Assembly: GCF_001194135.2 (NCBI RefSeq)
Contig: NC_068981.1
Location: 95,591,455-95,655,454 of the forward strand
Source: Octopus bimaculoides
Taxonomy: Eukaryota
DNA: 64,000 nucleotides
Direction: 5' to 3'
Each line of letters starts with the position of its first letter. Positions within the stretch are counted from its first letter, which is position 1. The notes under the pieces are model-generated. The model saw nothing but the letters and a program-made list of their open reading frames with translations. It was not told where the DNA came from and made no database searches. A program made the position numbers and the translations under genes. Positions 52,512 to 64,000 of this stretch are shown here, in pieces.

Positions 52512-55087
52512 CTACAGAAAGGCAATTATATGAACAAGAGCCCTAGTTCTTCCTCTGTTAAACATGTAAAAATGATTAAATCAAACAAAAGCATATGCAG
52601 AAGCTTGCTATCCAATAAGATATCAGGGCATCTATTGTGTGAGATACAAATAAAATATTATCAAAAGCTTTTAAGGAATTAGTTCTCTGGCCTTAAAATC
52701 ATCTTATTACAATATATATTTATGTTTGTTTGTTTCAATTTTAAAAATCTCAAATCAAATAGTGATTCATTATTAGCATATAAATTAGTTAATTTTTAAA
52801 TAAAATACTAATATTCTAAATAATCAAGATACAATATTCAAAATTAATTTGGTATTAAATTTCCTGATAAATAAGGATATAAAATATAAAAAAAATTCTT
52901 ATTTCAAATATAGAAATTCGATGCATATTGCTAATTAAAATCATTTCATATGGCATCCTTGAGTAAACTAATTATTTTCTGCATATCATTTGCAACAATC
53001 AATTCATATTATCATAGAAATCCAGGAGGTACATCAGCTCACTGCAGTAACTGCTACAAATCATAGGGTTTTGATTTAGCAACTTGAATTTAATTAAAGA
53101 AAATACAAAACTTTTAAGCATATACAACAGAATACAGAGAATGGGAAAGACCCAAGATAATTTCCAGGGATGTAATTGAAAGTCATTGTTACAAAGTTTG
53201 AGCTAGACAAATTTGCTGCTGGCTGGCAGCCAGATATTAAACTAGACCAGCCATAACAGGCACTAAAGAATTAGAGCAAATTATCAGCAGGGGAAGACAG
53301 AGCAGATAAAATTAAAATTTGCTCTAGAAATCACTTTGTATGCCTGGCAACAGACAGCTAGGTTACAGTTTTTAAGTAAGCTTATCTGCCCTATCAGGTG
53401 AATGCATTATGCAGTATAATATAAAAGCATCTAAATACAAACTATGTGTGTGCATCAATATATATATATATATATATATAAGATTTATGTGTATGTATAC
53501 ATACAAAAATAAGGCACACATCTCTATGTGAACATGCATGCATATATGTAATGTATGTGAAAAATGATTCCTATTCAGACAGACATCACTACGGATTTTC
53601 TCAACAGCCTGTGAAAATTAGGTATTAAGGAAAAAAAGTGGGGAGGAGATAATCTAAATAAACATTAGTTATTAAATAAATTACCAACATCATTTAAGTT
53701 ACCAAATTTCTCACAGAAAAAAAAGGGGTGGGGGGTGGGAAATGCAGCTATATAAAAAATAAAGAACAAGTTGATAAAAGTTGCTATGAATCAAATATCA
53801 CAGATCTATCTCTGAATATAACCTAACCTTAAATTAGCTGAGCATCCTCTATATGGTTGCTCAGCCTACCAGAAGTCGAAGCCAAATCTTCCACAAAACT
53901 ACATACTTCCATTTTAAATAAGTGAATAAAGAAGATTAAAAAAAAAAAAAACCGACACAATAAATAATGTAGACCTAGAAAATGAGATGAGATGGTAACA
54001 GCTGGAACACCTTTCATCATTATAAGACCAGTGGATCAAGACTGACTAGGGCTAAACAACAGCTGCTTCAAAATAAGCCACCTATTTTCATCGAATCCAT
54101 AGAGTGACTTTTGAAACATTAAAACCCAAGATTTCAGGTACATAAGTACTTCAATTTGGTTGAATCCACTCGACTGAGGAATCTGATAATTCAAACATGA
54201 ACAGGTTAAAATAATAAATAAAATATCCTTTTGTCATAGTAGTTTAATGGAAACTCTGAAATAAGAACAACAAAAAAAAAAAAGCACAATGTGTAAAGGT
54301 AGTTCTGTTGGAAATTTGTGTAACTTATAATAAATAATAGATTACTGTGCACTTAATACAACACAATCACTGGGCAGTGATTCTAATGCACTGTTTAAGC
54401 TGGTGTTTATTTTAAATAATAGATGCAAGCACTGGTGAACCAAAACTGCAGCCACTTTACTAGATATAGTAATAAAATACTTTTTGCATAAGTGTGCAGC
54501 ACTTGACTTTAAGTGCAAACACTAAGTCAGAGTTATGAGGCTTAAAATTCTCTGAGCTTGGTCATATTAATGTGTATTGCAGAAATTTACAGTAATGACT
54601 GGCAGTCACCTTGGTAACTATCAAAAGCTGTTTCAAAACTGTAACAACTCTTTTGAGCTTCTGCTTGGTCATCCTATCCAACCAGTTAGAAATAACAGTC
54701 AAATCTCTCTCAACTCAAACCCCAATGTACATTGGATAATGAAGTCATACAGACCCCCTAAAGAGACATGACAATCATGGCTGGACTACTTTAGATCATA
54801 AGTATGTTTAGTCAAAGTTGACCTGGAAGCTAAACAGCAATAGTAAAGGAATTCAATTATTATTGTTGGGACTGTTGTAATCAAAAGGTGATCTGGCAGT
54901 AATTTATAAATATTGTTATCATGAACATAAAGAAGGGACTCAAAAGACCCAGTCTCCAGCAACATCACAGTGCTAACAACAATAAAAGCAATTTAAGCAA
55001 ATTTGAAAGATGTATAAACATAATTGAAAAAAACAAGTAAAACTTCTTTCTTTGATCTCAGGTAAAGCAAAAGTTAAACGCCAACAA

Positions 55088-57083
55088 TCATCATACATCA
55101 TCATCATCATCGTTTAACGCCTGCTTTCCATGCTGGCATGGGTTGGATGGTTTGACAGAGGACTGGTGAGCCAGAAGGCTGCACCAGACACAATCTGATC
55201 TGGCAAAATTTCTACAGCTGGATGCCCTTCCTAACACCAACCACTCCGAGAGTGTAGTGGGTGCTTTTACATGCCACCGGCACAAGGGCCAGGCAGACAG
55301 TTCTGGCAACGACCACGCTCAAAAAGTTTTTTTTTACATGCTATCTGCACGGGAGCCAGTCCAGCAGCACTGGCAACGAACATGCTTGAATGTTGTTTTT
55401 CTTGTGTCACCAACATGTGCTGGTAAGGCAACGCTGGTAGCAATCACGCATGAATGGTGCTTTTTACGTACCACCAGCATAAGAGCCAATCTGTGGCCCT
55501 GGCAATAGTCACGCTTGGATGTGCTTTTAACGTTCCACTGGCACGGGTGCCAATCAAGCGGTACTGTCATCGGCCAAATCACCGATATTGATTTGATTTC
55601 ACTTGCCTCAATAGGTCTTCGCAAGCTAAGTTTATTGTCCAAAGAATGAGGGGTGCTCATAAGTGGGCTGGTTACACCCCATGCTTGGATGTGTTTTTAA
55701 TGTTCCACTGGCATGAGTGCCAATCAGGCAGTACTGTCATCAGCCACGTCAGTGATTTTGATTTCACTTGCCTCAATAGGTCTTTGCAAGCAAAGTTTAT
55801 TGTCCAGTGAATGAGGGGTATTCATAAGTGGGTTAGTTACATTCATTGGCATAGGTCTCACTTGGCTAGTTGGGTCTTCTCAAGCACAGCATATCTCCAA
55901 AGGTCTCGGTCACTAGTCATTGCCTCAGTGAGGCCTAATGTTCAAAGGTCGTGCTTCACCACCTCATCCCAGGTCTTCCAGGGTCTAGTCCTTCCACAGG
56001 TTCCTTCAACTGCTAGAGTGTGACACTTTTTCACACAGCTATCCTCATTCATTCGCAACACATGACCATACCAACGCAGTTGTCTCTCCTTACACACCAC
56101 ATCTGATGCTTCTTAAATCCAACTTTTCTCTCAGGGCGCTTATACTCTGTCATGTATGCACATTGACATTACACATCCAGCAGAGCATACTGGCTTCATT
56201 CCTTGCAAGCTTATGCATGTCCTCAGCAGTCACGGCCCATGTTTCACTGCCATGTAGCTTGGCTGTTTGTATATGTGTCATACAGTCTACCTTTTACTCT
56301 GAGTGAGAGGCCCTTTGTCGCCAGCAGAGGTAGGAGCTCTCTGAACTTTGCCCAGGCTATTCTTATTCTAGCAGCTACATTTTCAGAGCATCCACCCCAA
56401 TACTGACTTGGTCCTCTTGGTAACAAAAGCTATCAACTATTTCTAGTTTTTCTCCCTGGAATGCGACAGAAGCTGTTTCCTGCACATTTTCAGTGTTTAT
56501 AGCACCTGAGCATTTGCCACATTCAAAAACTATCTTCCCAGTTAGCCTTCCTTTCAAATTGCTGTACCTCTTATGTGTCCACAGCTTACACCTGGTACGT
56601 CTTATGGAGTTTCTACCTACGCCTTTTCTACAAATTGAGCAGGGCCATCTATCTGAAGGAATTTGTGGTTTGTCTGCCTTCCTACTTATTAAGACTTTGG
56701 TTTTTGCTAGATTGACTCTTAGGCCTTTCGATTCTAATCCTTGCTTCCACATCTGAAACTTTTCCTCTAGTTCTAATAGTGACTCAGCAATTAGAGCAAG
56801 GTCATCAACATAGAGGACTATGATGAATAAGAGGGGGCTGAGGACTGATCCTTGGTGGACCCCTACCCCTACCTGGAATTCTTCACTGTACTCGTTACTA
56901 AACTTCACCTTACTGACAGCATCCCTGTACATGGCTTGCACAGCTCTCACTAACCATTCATCTATCTCTAGTTTCCTCATTGACCACTAGATAAGGTGTC
57001 GGGGAGGGGGCTGTCAAAGACTTTCTCCATGTCAACAAAAGCCAGGTACAGAGGTTTATCTTTGGCTAAGTATTTCTCCTGCA
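55088..57083 (-). mobile_element. 5'-truncated, decayed RTE-clade LINE (reverse transcriptase C-terminal half, 3' UTR and (GAT)n tail)
   Basis: ORF 56375-56980 carries GVGVHQGSVLSPLLFIIV and LYVDDL (YADD-type) motifs, then frameshifts through ARIRIAWAKFRELLPLL. 3' end ...ggaaagcaggcgttaaacgatgatgat. Confidence 0.92.
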
Positions 57084-57533
57084 TAATAATAATAATCTTT
57101 TCTACTGGAGGCACAAGGACTCAAATTTGTGGGGAAGGGACTAATTGATTACGTCAACCTGAGTGTTTTACTGGTACTTAATTTATTGACCTCAAAAGGA
57201 TGAACGGCAAAGACGACATTGGTGGAATTTGAACTCAGAACATAGTGACAGACGAAATACCGCTAAGCATTTCGCCCAGCGTGCTAACGATTCTGCCAGC
57301 TCACCATCTCTAATAGTAATAATAATAATAATATTAATCCTTTCTACTACAGGCACAAGACCTGTAATTCTGGGGAGGGTGATAGTTAATTACAATAACC
57401 TCAGTATTTAACTGGTACTTATTTTATCAACCCTAAAAGGATGAAAAGCAAAGTTGACCTCGGTGGAATTTGAACTTAGAATGTCGTTAAGCATTTTGCC
57501 TGATATGCTAATGAATCTTCCAGCTCACCACCT

Positions 57534-57560
<27 letters not shown>
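57083..57560 (-). mobile_element. Two head-to-tail (ATT)n-tailed SINEs abutting the 5' end of the RTE fragment
   Basis: Heads read ggtgagctggcagaa on the minus strand. Single copies lie at 4990-5235, 37155-37350, 49385-49650 and 59938-60140. Confidence 0.85.
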
Positions 57561-57566
<6 letters not shown>

Positions 57567-59142
57567 TGAGCAGTAAACATAAGCACTGCTAATATGTTAT
57601 ATCTATATTTTATTAATTACGCAAACTGCTATCACTGAAAAACCATTGCTAGATATAGATCAATTATTTGGCAGGACTGAATATTCTCATTCACACTGGT
57701 TCAGCATACAAAAATACATTCATAAGGGTGAGTGTATAAATTGACTGACTAATGCTGAAAGAGGCTGCAACCATTTTGAACAGAATTTTACAGCAGTGTG
57801 GACGTATGTGTGTGTCACAGATGAAAGAGTGAACTGTGAAATATTTCACAAATAAAGAATCAATTCACATTGAACAGACATTTGCTTTCCAAAAATGGTG
57901 CATAGCAGTAATAGTGCTGCATTAAGTCAGACACCATTTCCAGTAGCTTTATATACACACACACATACAAATTGCTGAAGTATTTCTTGAAGATCTATAG
58001 CATCTTGTTTAGGGGGTCAAAGGCACTGCACCTATTAAAACAGGGAGTAAGGATCATAAATGTTATGGTTTAGACTTTTATCTATGGTTTAATGCATGTG
58101 TTTGAATGTGTGTATATACATGTACCTGTATACAGATACATCTACACAGCCTGTCAACTCATTAGAATAGGGATATTTAGAGAATCTGGAATTACGAAAC
58201 AACCACCTCCACACATACACACATTGAAATAGAAACCATGAAAATTTGGTTGTATTTTGATATTCAGTTTTAGTTTTCTGACTTTACATTTAGGAATTTA
58301 CTCAGAACTGGGGAAAGAGAGAAAGAGAGAGTATGGGGACTGGCATACACTTGCACACTCATATATATTTACACACATACATGAGCAGCCTTTGCACCAG
58401 TTAAAGACCTTCGATTTCCCAGGCAGTAACGTGTCCGAGTACAAAACATGAAGGTTTGATTGTATTTTGGCACCCTAATTATAGTTCTCCTCATTTACAC
58501 TTGGAGTTTATGCCTCCATATTTTTAATAAGTTAGCATAAGCCCATACATGTGAGTATGTATATTAATTCCTCAAGGTTCCTAGTGTACTACTGAATCTC
58601 TTGATTAAGCTTTATTTATTCAAGCAGATCAAAAAATGGATGATATTCCCCACACCCTATCACCTGCTGCTATAAAAAAGATGGGAAGTCAACTGCTAGG
58701 TGGATGCTCACTGCCTGCAGCCTACAGGGTTTTTATAAAAGTTTTTGACTCAATATGCAGCTGTGCTGCTTACAAATGTTACAAAGAAAACCATAGTAAC
58801 TGTGCCTAATTAGCAGATTAATCAGGAGTACACTCGGGCAATGAATAGAAGTTGTGACTTCAAATTTCAATGTGTTCTCTCAAAAGATTTCTTTTAACAA
58901 TGAAATCTCGAAAATGTTTCACTAAGAATATGATTGCCCTTGAAAAAGCTATCAATATCATTACAGTACATTTTCCTCTTTCCAATAAATATTCTAATTT
59001 ATCATGTCTTAAGATAGTAGTATTTTGCATATGCTAGAAATCAAACACACTACAATCATGATTCATTACCAGTTCTATTTTTAAGGCTGTCATGAACAAG
59101 GTGTATAGTTCAGTTACAACTTGGAAGCCATATACTTATAGT

Positions 59143-59199
<57 letters not shown>

Positions 59200-60638
59200 C
59201 GTATTGATACACATATGCACCTACAATAGCAGTCTTTGCATTAATTAAAATAAAAATGACTAAAGATCTTGGACTTCACAGACAGAAATGTGCTAAACTG
59301 ACACATGCAGATAGGAAAGTCTAAATTATCAATAATGAAACTGCTTAGCAAAATGTATTGAAATTTTAATATCTTCAATAATCCTCTTACTGCAGTACGA
59401 CTTACATGTATTACAACTAATAAATGCTCATTAACTTTTTATGACATGATATTGCAGGGAAATTTTTTTTTTTTCAAAGTCCATTTTGCACCACCTAAAA
59501 TCTACTGTCACTGCTGACACTTATGTCATAGGTTCATGTGTCACTGGTTTAAAAGCCATACAGGAATAGTAAAGAAAATTATGATGATGATAATGATGAA
59601 TCAATGATATAGAATAATTGTGCTGCATATGGAGACTAACAACTCAATATTTAATCTAAAGTAGTAGGACACATTTTCAAGTTACACATAACAAAAAATA
59701 TCTGTTCCTTTCACAAGAGAACTATTTCAACCAAGAGGCCATTAATCTGGTGTCATTCAATCTGATTCTCACTGGAATTTACAAAAAATTTGATAGTATA
59801 TGCTATAATTAAGAAAGCAGAGTGTATATAGAAGGCATAGCAGGAACATAATTTGCCTGCTTCAATAAACCTTTCATTAAACTACAGCTATAAGTGATAG
59901 CAGAGGAAAAAGGAAAACAAAATTTGCACTACACACTAAGATTGGTTTCAAATTTTGGCGGAGTGGGTAAGTCAGTTACATGAACCCCAGTGTTCCACTG
60001 GTATTTATTTTTATGACCCCGAAAAGATGAAAGGCAAAATCAACCCCAGCAGAATTTGAATTCTGAACATGAAGACAAATGAAATGCTGCTAAGCATTTT
60101 GCCTGACATGCTAACAATTCTGCCAGGGTGCTGCCTTGGCTACACACTAATATTAACAACATAAAACTATCCCAATTATGAAGGGAGGGGGCCTTTATAT
60201 GATCACTTGGTCTACTAGAAATAGCAGTCAAATTTCCCTCAACTCACATTTTACTGACTTACATGAAGGAAAGACACATTAGATAATCCAGCTCTATTTA
60301 CACACACACGCACACACATATATTTGTATGTGTGTGTGTGTGCAAATGAGACAGCTGGTGGTGGCTCCAGTTTAATAACTGAGAACCACCTCAGTTGAAA
60401 TCCTAGGCATGCCCATGCTCCCATTAAAAACATGAGACTGTCATGACCAACATTACCTGTAAGCTGTGTGATCATGCATGCACACCTGTTTTACAACTAG
60501 CACGCAAAAGAAAAAAAAATGTATGCAAAAAACATTTTAAAAATGAAATCAAATTTTTGTAATTGAATAAAGTACTTGTGTGATTTCAAAATAAAACCTT
60601 AGATAATACATACATAGGAGTAGTATTCTTCCACTTAC

Positions 60639-60669
60639 CTAGTAAATATGGCATTTGAACAATGGTTAT
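60639..60669 (-). CDS. Candidate short upstream exon (NHCSNAIFT(S)), phase 1-2
   Basis: Perfect donor TAG|gtaagt at 60633-60638. With acceptor ccccatgcag at 60670-60671 it joins exon 52511 in frame. The acceptor choice is uncertain. Confidence 0.3.
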
Positions 60670-62221
60670 CTGCATGGGGGCACACATACTTTACAATGAC
60701 AAAATATGCATACAAGTGCAACAAAAGAATTCAGGAACATAGGCCATGACTAGAAAAAAATGTTAATCATAAGTCTATTCAATTAGTGTTGATTAGGAAG
60801 CTCAACACCAACTATACAAATTGTGAATAAAATGGGCACTTTTACCAAGAGCTGCCTTGGCTTACTTAATATAAATTAGTCAAACCTCTCAAGCCCCTTC
60901 CATGCCATTCTTTAAGACAGAGTTCACATATCTTAGAGTTAATAACATGATGGCCATAACAAGGAACTCTGTATAAAATGTTTCATTTAATCAACTACCT
61001 TCATTACTGACTGAAATCATTCAACTCCAACTACTATTGCATTGACTGCTGCTTATTCACCCACTCTTTCTGTTTCTCAATCCCTCTTGTATTCACTCTG
61101 TACCTAGAGGTATGCCCTCAGCATCTCTCTCTCTCCAGTTGAGGAAAGTCACATATCTCCTCTTCAGCAAGACATCTATTTCTGTCCTCCTATCATACTT
61201 TCTTGACTTCTTTCAATACTATGACCTGCTCAGTTTGGTGATGAGCAAATGTGACAGCACATTTCCACCGAATACAGAAAATTTACCCCAGCTTAGGACA
61301 CGTTTAAATATAGAGCTACCTTTATCAAATCAGCTTTACATGATATGTGGTGCCATAAATGCTAATGTGTTGCCTATGTTTCTGTTGGCTGGAAGTCAGA
61401 ACAAAATATGAAGATACATCTCTCCCCGACCTGGTGTTTCTTTAAAAATGACCATCTAGTTCAGTAGAAAGGAACTTGTACTATCATATAATAGTGAAGT
61501 TAGCCTAATGAGTTTGGCAGATACAGTTATCTTCAGCATCACAACCAGCAAACAATATGGCATTCGTATGGCATGGGTGGCAGCCTCTAGAGGCTGATAA
61601 AAATAATACAGCATTATGTGTTTTGTGTCTTAGCACCCAACCTTTTCCCATTTTATTTTAGTCCCGTACTTGAAGTTTTGAGGAGCACCAAGATGGCATC
61701 AATTTCCACATGGATAACAAGATGGTTGATATCAGAAAATGGATAGCCAAGATAGAGTGTGAAAATAACTTTACAGCATATTATTGCACCACTGTTGTGC
61801 ACTCAGAAGGCTTACAAGCACTTACAAATGAACTTAACAGAGTGACAATCAACCATAGCATTTTGATCAGCACTGAAAATTGCAAACAAAGACACTGCTT
61901 GTCTGACCAGATGCTCATTTACAATTAGCACATCAATGTCAAGATGAGAAGATATACAAACACATATACACACAATGGGTTTCTTAGTTTCCATCATGCA
62001 CTCACACGACAAGGTGCTAAGCAGTGGGGACTGAACCTGAAACCACATGACTGCAAAGCAAATTTCTTAACCACAAAGCCATGCTATTTTTAATGTGTCT
62101 AACTACCACGTAAAGGTCCAACTTATTGTTTTCATACATATATATATAAATATACAAGACTGAAGAATGTGATTAAAAAGAGATTTGGCTGCTATTTCTA
62201 ACATCTATCTACCACATATAT

Positions 62222-62620
62222 TCTTTTACTTGTTTCAGTCATTTGACTGTGGCTATGCTGGACCACCACCTTAAAGGATTTTTAGTTGAAGAAATTGACT
62301 CAAGGACTAATTCTTTGTAAGCCTAGTACTTATTCTATCAGGTTCCTTTGCCAAACTGCTAAGTTACGGAGACATAAAAATACCAGCATCAGTTGTCAAG
62401 CGATGGCGATGGTGGGGAAACAAACACAGACACACACACACAGATATATACATATATACGATGGGCTTCTTTCAGGTTCCGTCTACTAAATCCACTCACA
62501 AGGCTTTGGTCTGTCTGAGGCTATTGTATAAGACACTTGCCTAAGATGCCACGCAATGGGGCTGAACTTGGAACCACGTGGTTAGGCAGCAAGCTTCTTA
62601 CCATACAACCACTCCTGCAC
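62222..62620 (-). mobile_element. Full-length copy of the same SINE family
   Basis: Colinear with 20163-20575. Confidence 0.85.
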
Positions 62621-62661
<41 letters not shown>

Positions 62662-63270
62662 TATAATCAATACATTAGGGCTGGAGGGAAATTTTGCAAC
62701 CCATTGAAGCATACACTAAGAGTAGCCTTGGGTTACATAATTAAAAAAAATGGAACTTCTGTTAGTAGGACACTATGTTTAATGCATTCAGAATATAAAA
62801 ATTAACATCAGTTATTGTACTATATAGGAAGCTTCATATTTAAGTGTTTCAATATTTGGAAATAACGTTTCCAGATCAGGCTGTTTGTTAATAATTTTGT
62901 ATGTAAATTCTTTTAATTTTGTACTGTTTTACTGGGTTCACTGTTGTCTTAGTCAGTCAGAAAATAGGATAGTTTTCAGTAAACAACTTTGAAAATGAAT
63001 ATCAAAAACAGTGACTTTGTAATTTCCACAATGTCGACTTTACACTAGGTGCACTTTTACAGCCTGCCTAATATAGATCAATGGTCACATCTGAATATGC
63101 TCTTAAAAAAAAAAAAATTATTTGTTAATGTCAAGGGTATATGAATTGTTTCAATACATTAAATACAGCAATTATTATAAATCTAACCCTATCACACTTT
63201 TACACCCAATACACCATAATTCTAAAAATATTAAGTGTATATTATACACATGACATATTTTATAGACATC

Positions 63271-63426
63271 TCTGAATGGTTGGCGTTAGGAAGAGCATCC
63301 AGCTGTAGAAACTCTGCCAAATCAGATTGGAGCCTGGTGTAGCCATCTGGTTTCACCAGTCCTCAGTCAAATCGTCCAACCCATGCTAGCATGGAAAGCG
63401 GACGTTAAACGACGACGACGACGATT
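63271..63426 (+). mobile_element. Young RTE 3'-end copy with (GAC)n tail
   Basis: Near-identical to 48265-48421. Confidence 0.88.
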
Positions 63427-63778
63427 TCATTTTACACAATTTAGTCTGTACATTATACATAGGTGTGTTTTGTACATAGATAAATACAGAATATAATGAT
63501 AGACATTACAAGCATCAGTTTAAGATAGAAAAGAGGAACAAGCATAGCGACATCATCATCATTTAACTTCTGTTTTCCATGCTGGCATGGGGTAGATGGC
63601 TTAACGGGATCTGGCAAATTATAGGGCTGCACTGAGCTCCACTGTTAGCTTTGATTTGCTTTCTACAGTTAGATACCCTTGCTAACACCAACCACTTTTC
63701 AGTGTGTAGTGGGTGTCACTAGCACTAGTGAGGTCACCAAGTAAGTTGCAAGACAGAAAAAAGGGAAAAGTCCTCATG

Positions 63779-63813
<35 letters not shown>

Positions 63814-64000
63814 GGAGAATATTAGAGAGGAGAAAGTGGTTTCATGTGAAGTGTTGAGAGGTTAAATTATGACAGGAGTTCAAGCATAGGTGTCTTGCTA
63901 TAGAGGTGATCTATGGCTACACCACATAATATAAGAGTGAGTAGAAGTAACTAGAAAGATGAAAATAAAGATGGTAGTGATGGGGTGTCAAAGCAAACCT

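Noticed and set aside
53829-54060. ORF 53829-54020 and a small gctgagca...tgctcagc hairpin
   Set aside because: Appears to be made of degenerate repeat fragments and has an in-frame stop before the donor.
58381-58474. 94-nt exon candidate with a gtatgt donor
   Set aside because: No pyrimidine tract, and the open frames do not end in the phase 2 needed for exon 52511.

Overview
AT-rich eukaryotic draft scaffold with N-gaps (largest: 665-1116, 26060-26170, 29641-29936, 41835-42624, 51526-52110). The repeat content (RTE LINE ends with (GAT)n tails, tRNA-head SINEs, abundant (TA)n/(CA)n) looks like a cephalopod (Octopus-type) genome; that assignment is inference. The main content is one minus-strand spliced gene that I could not name. 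Six phase-consistent exons (31041-31436, 17692-17787, 16908-17124, 8330-8666, 7136-7222, 6054-7021) give about 700 codons ending in a class I PDZ-binding motif (ETIV*). A probable further upstream exon lies at 52344-52511, and there are several candidate microexons. The introns hold RTE fragments, four SINE-like families, Tc1/pogo-, piggyBac- and Merlin-like MITEs, two 5' U2 snRNA fragments, two strong hairpins and a long CpG-retaining block (about 35-48.7 kb). There are no prokaryotic, CRISPR, rRNA or intact tRNA features. Most entries in the supplied ORF track are gap, microsatellite or chance ORFs.
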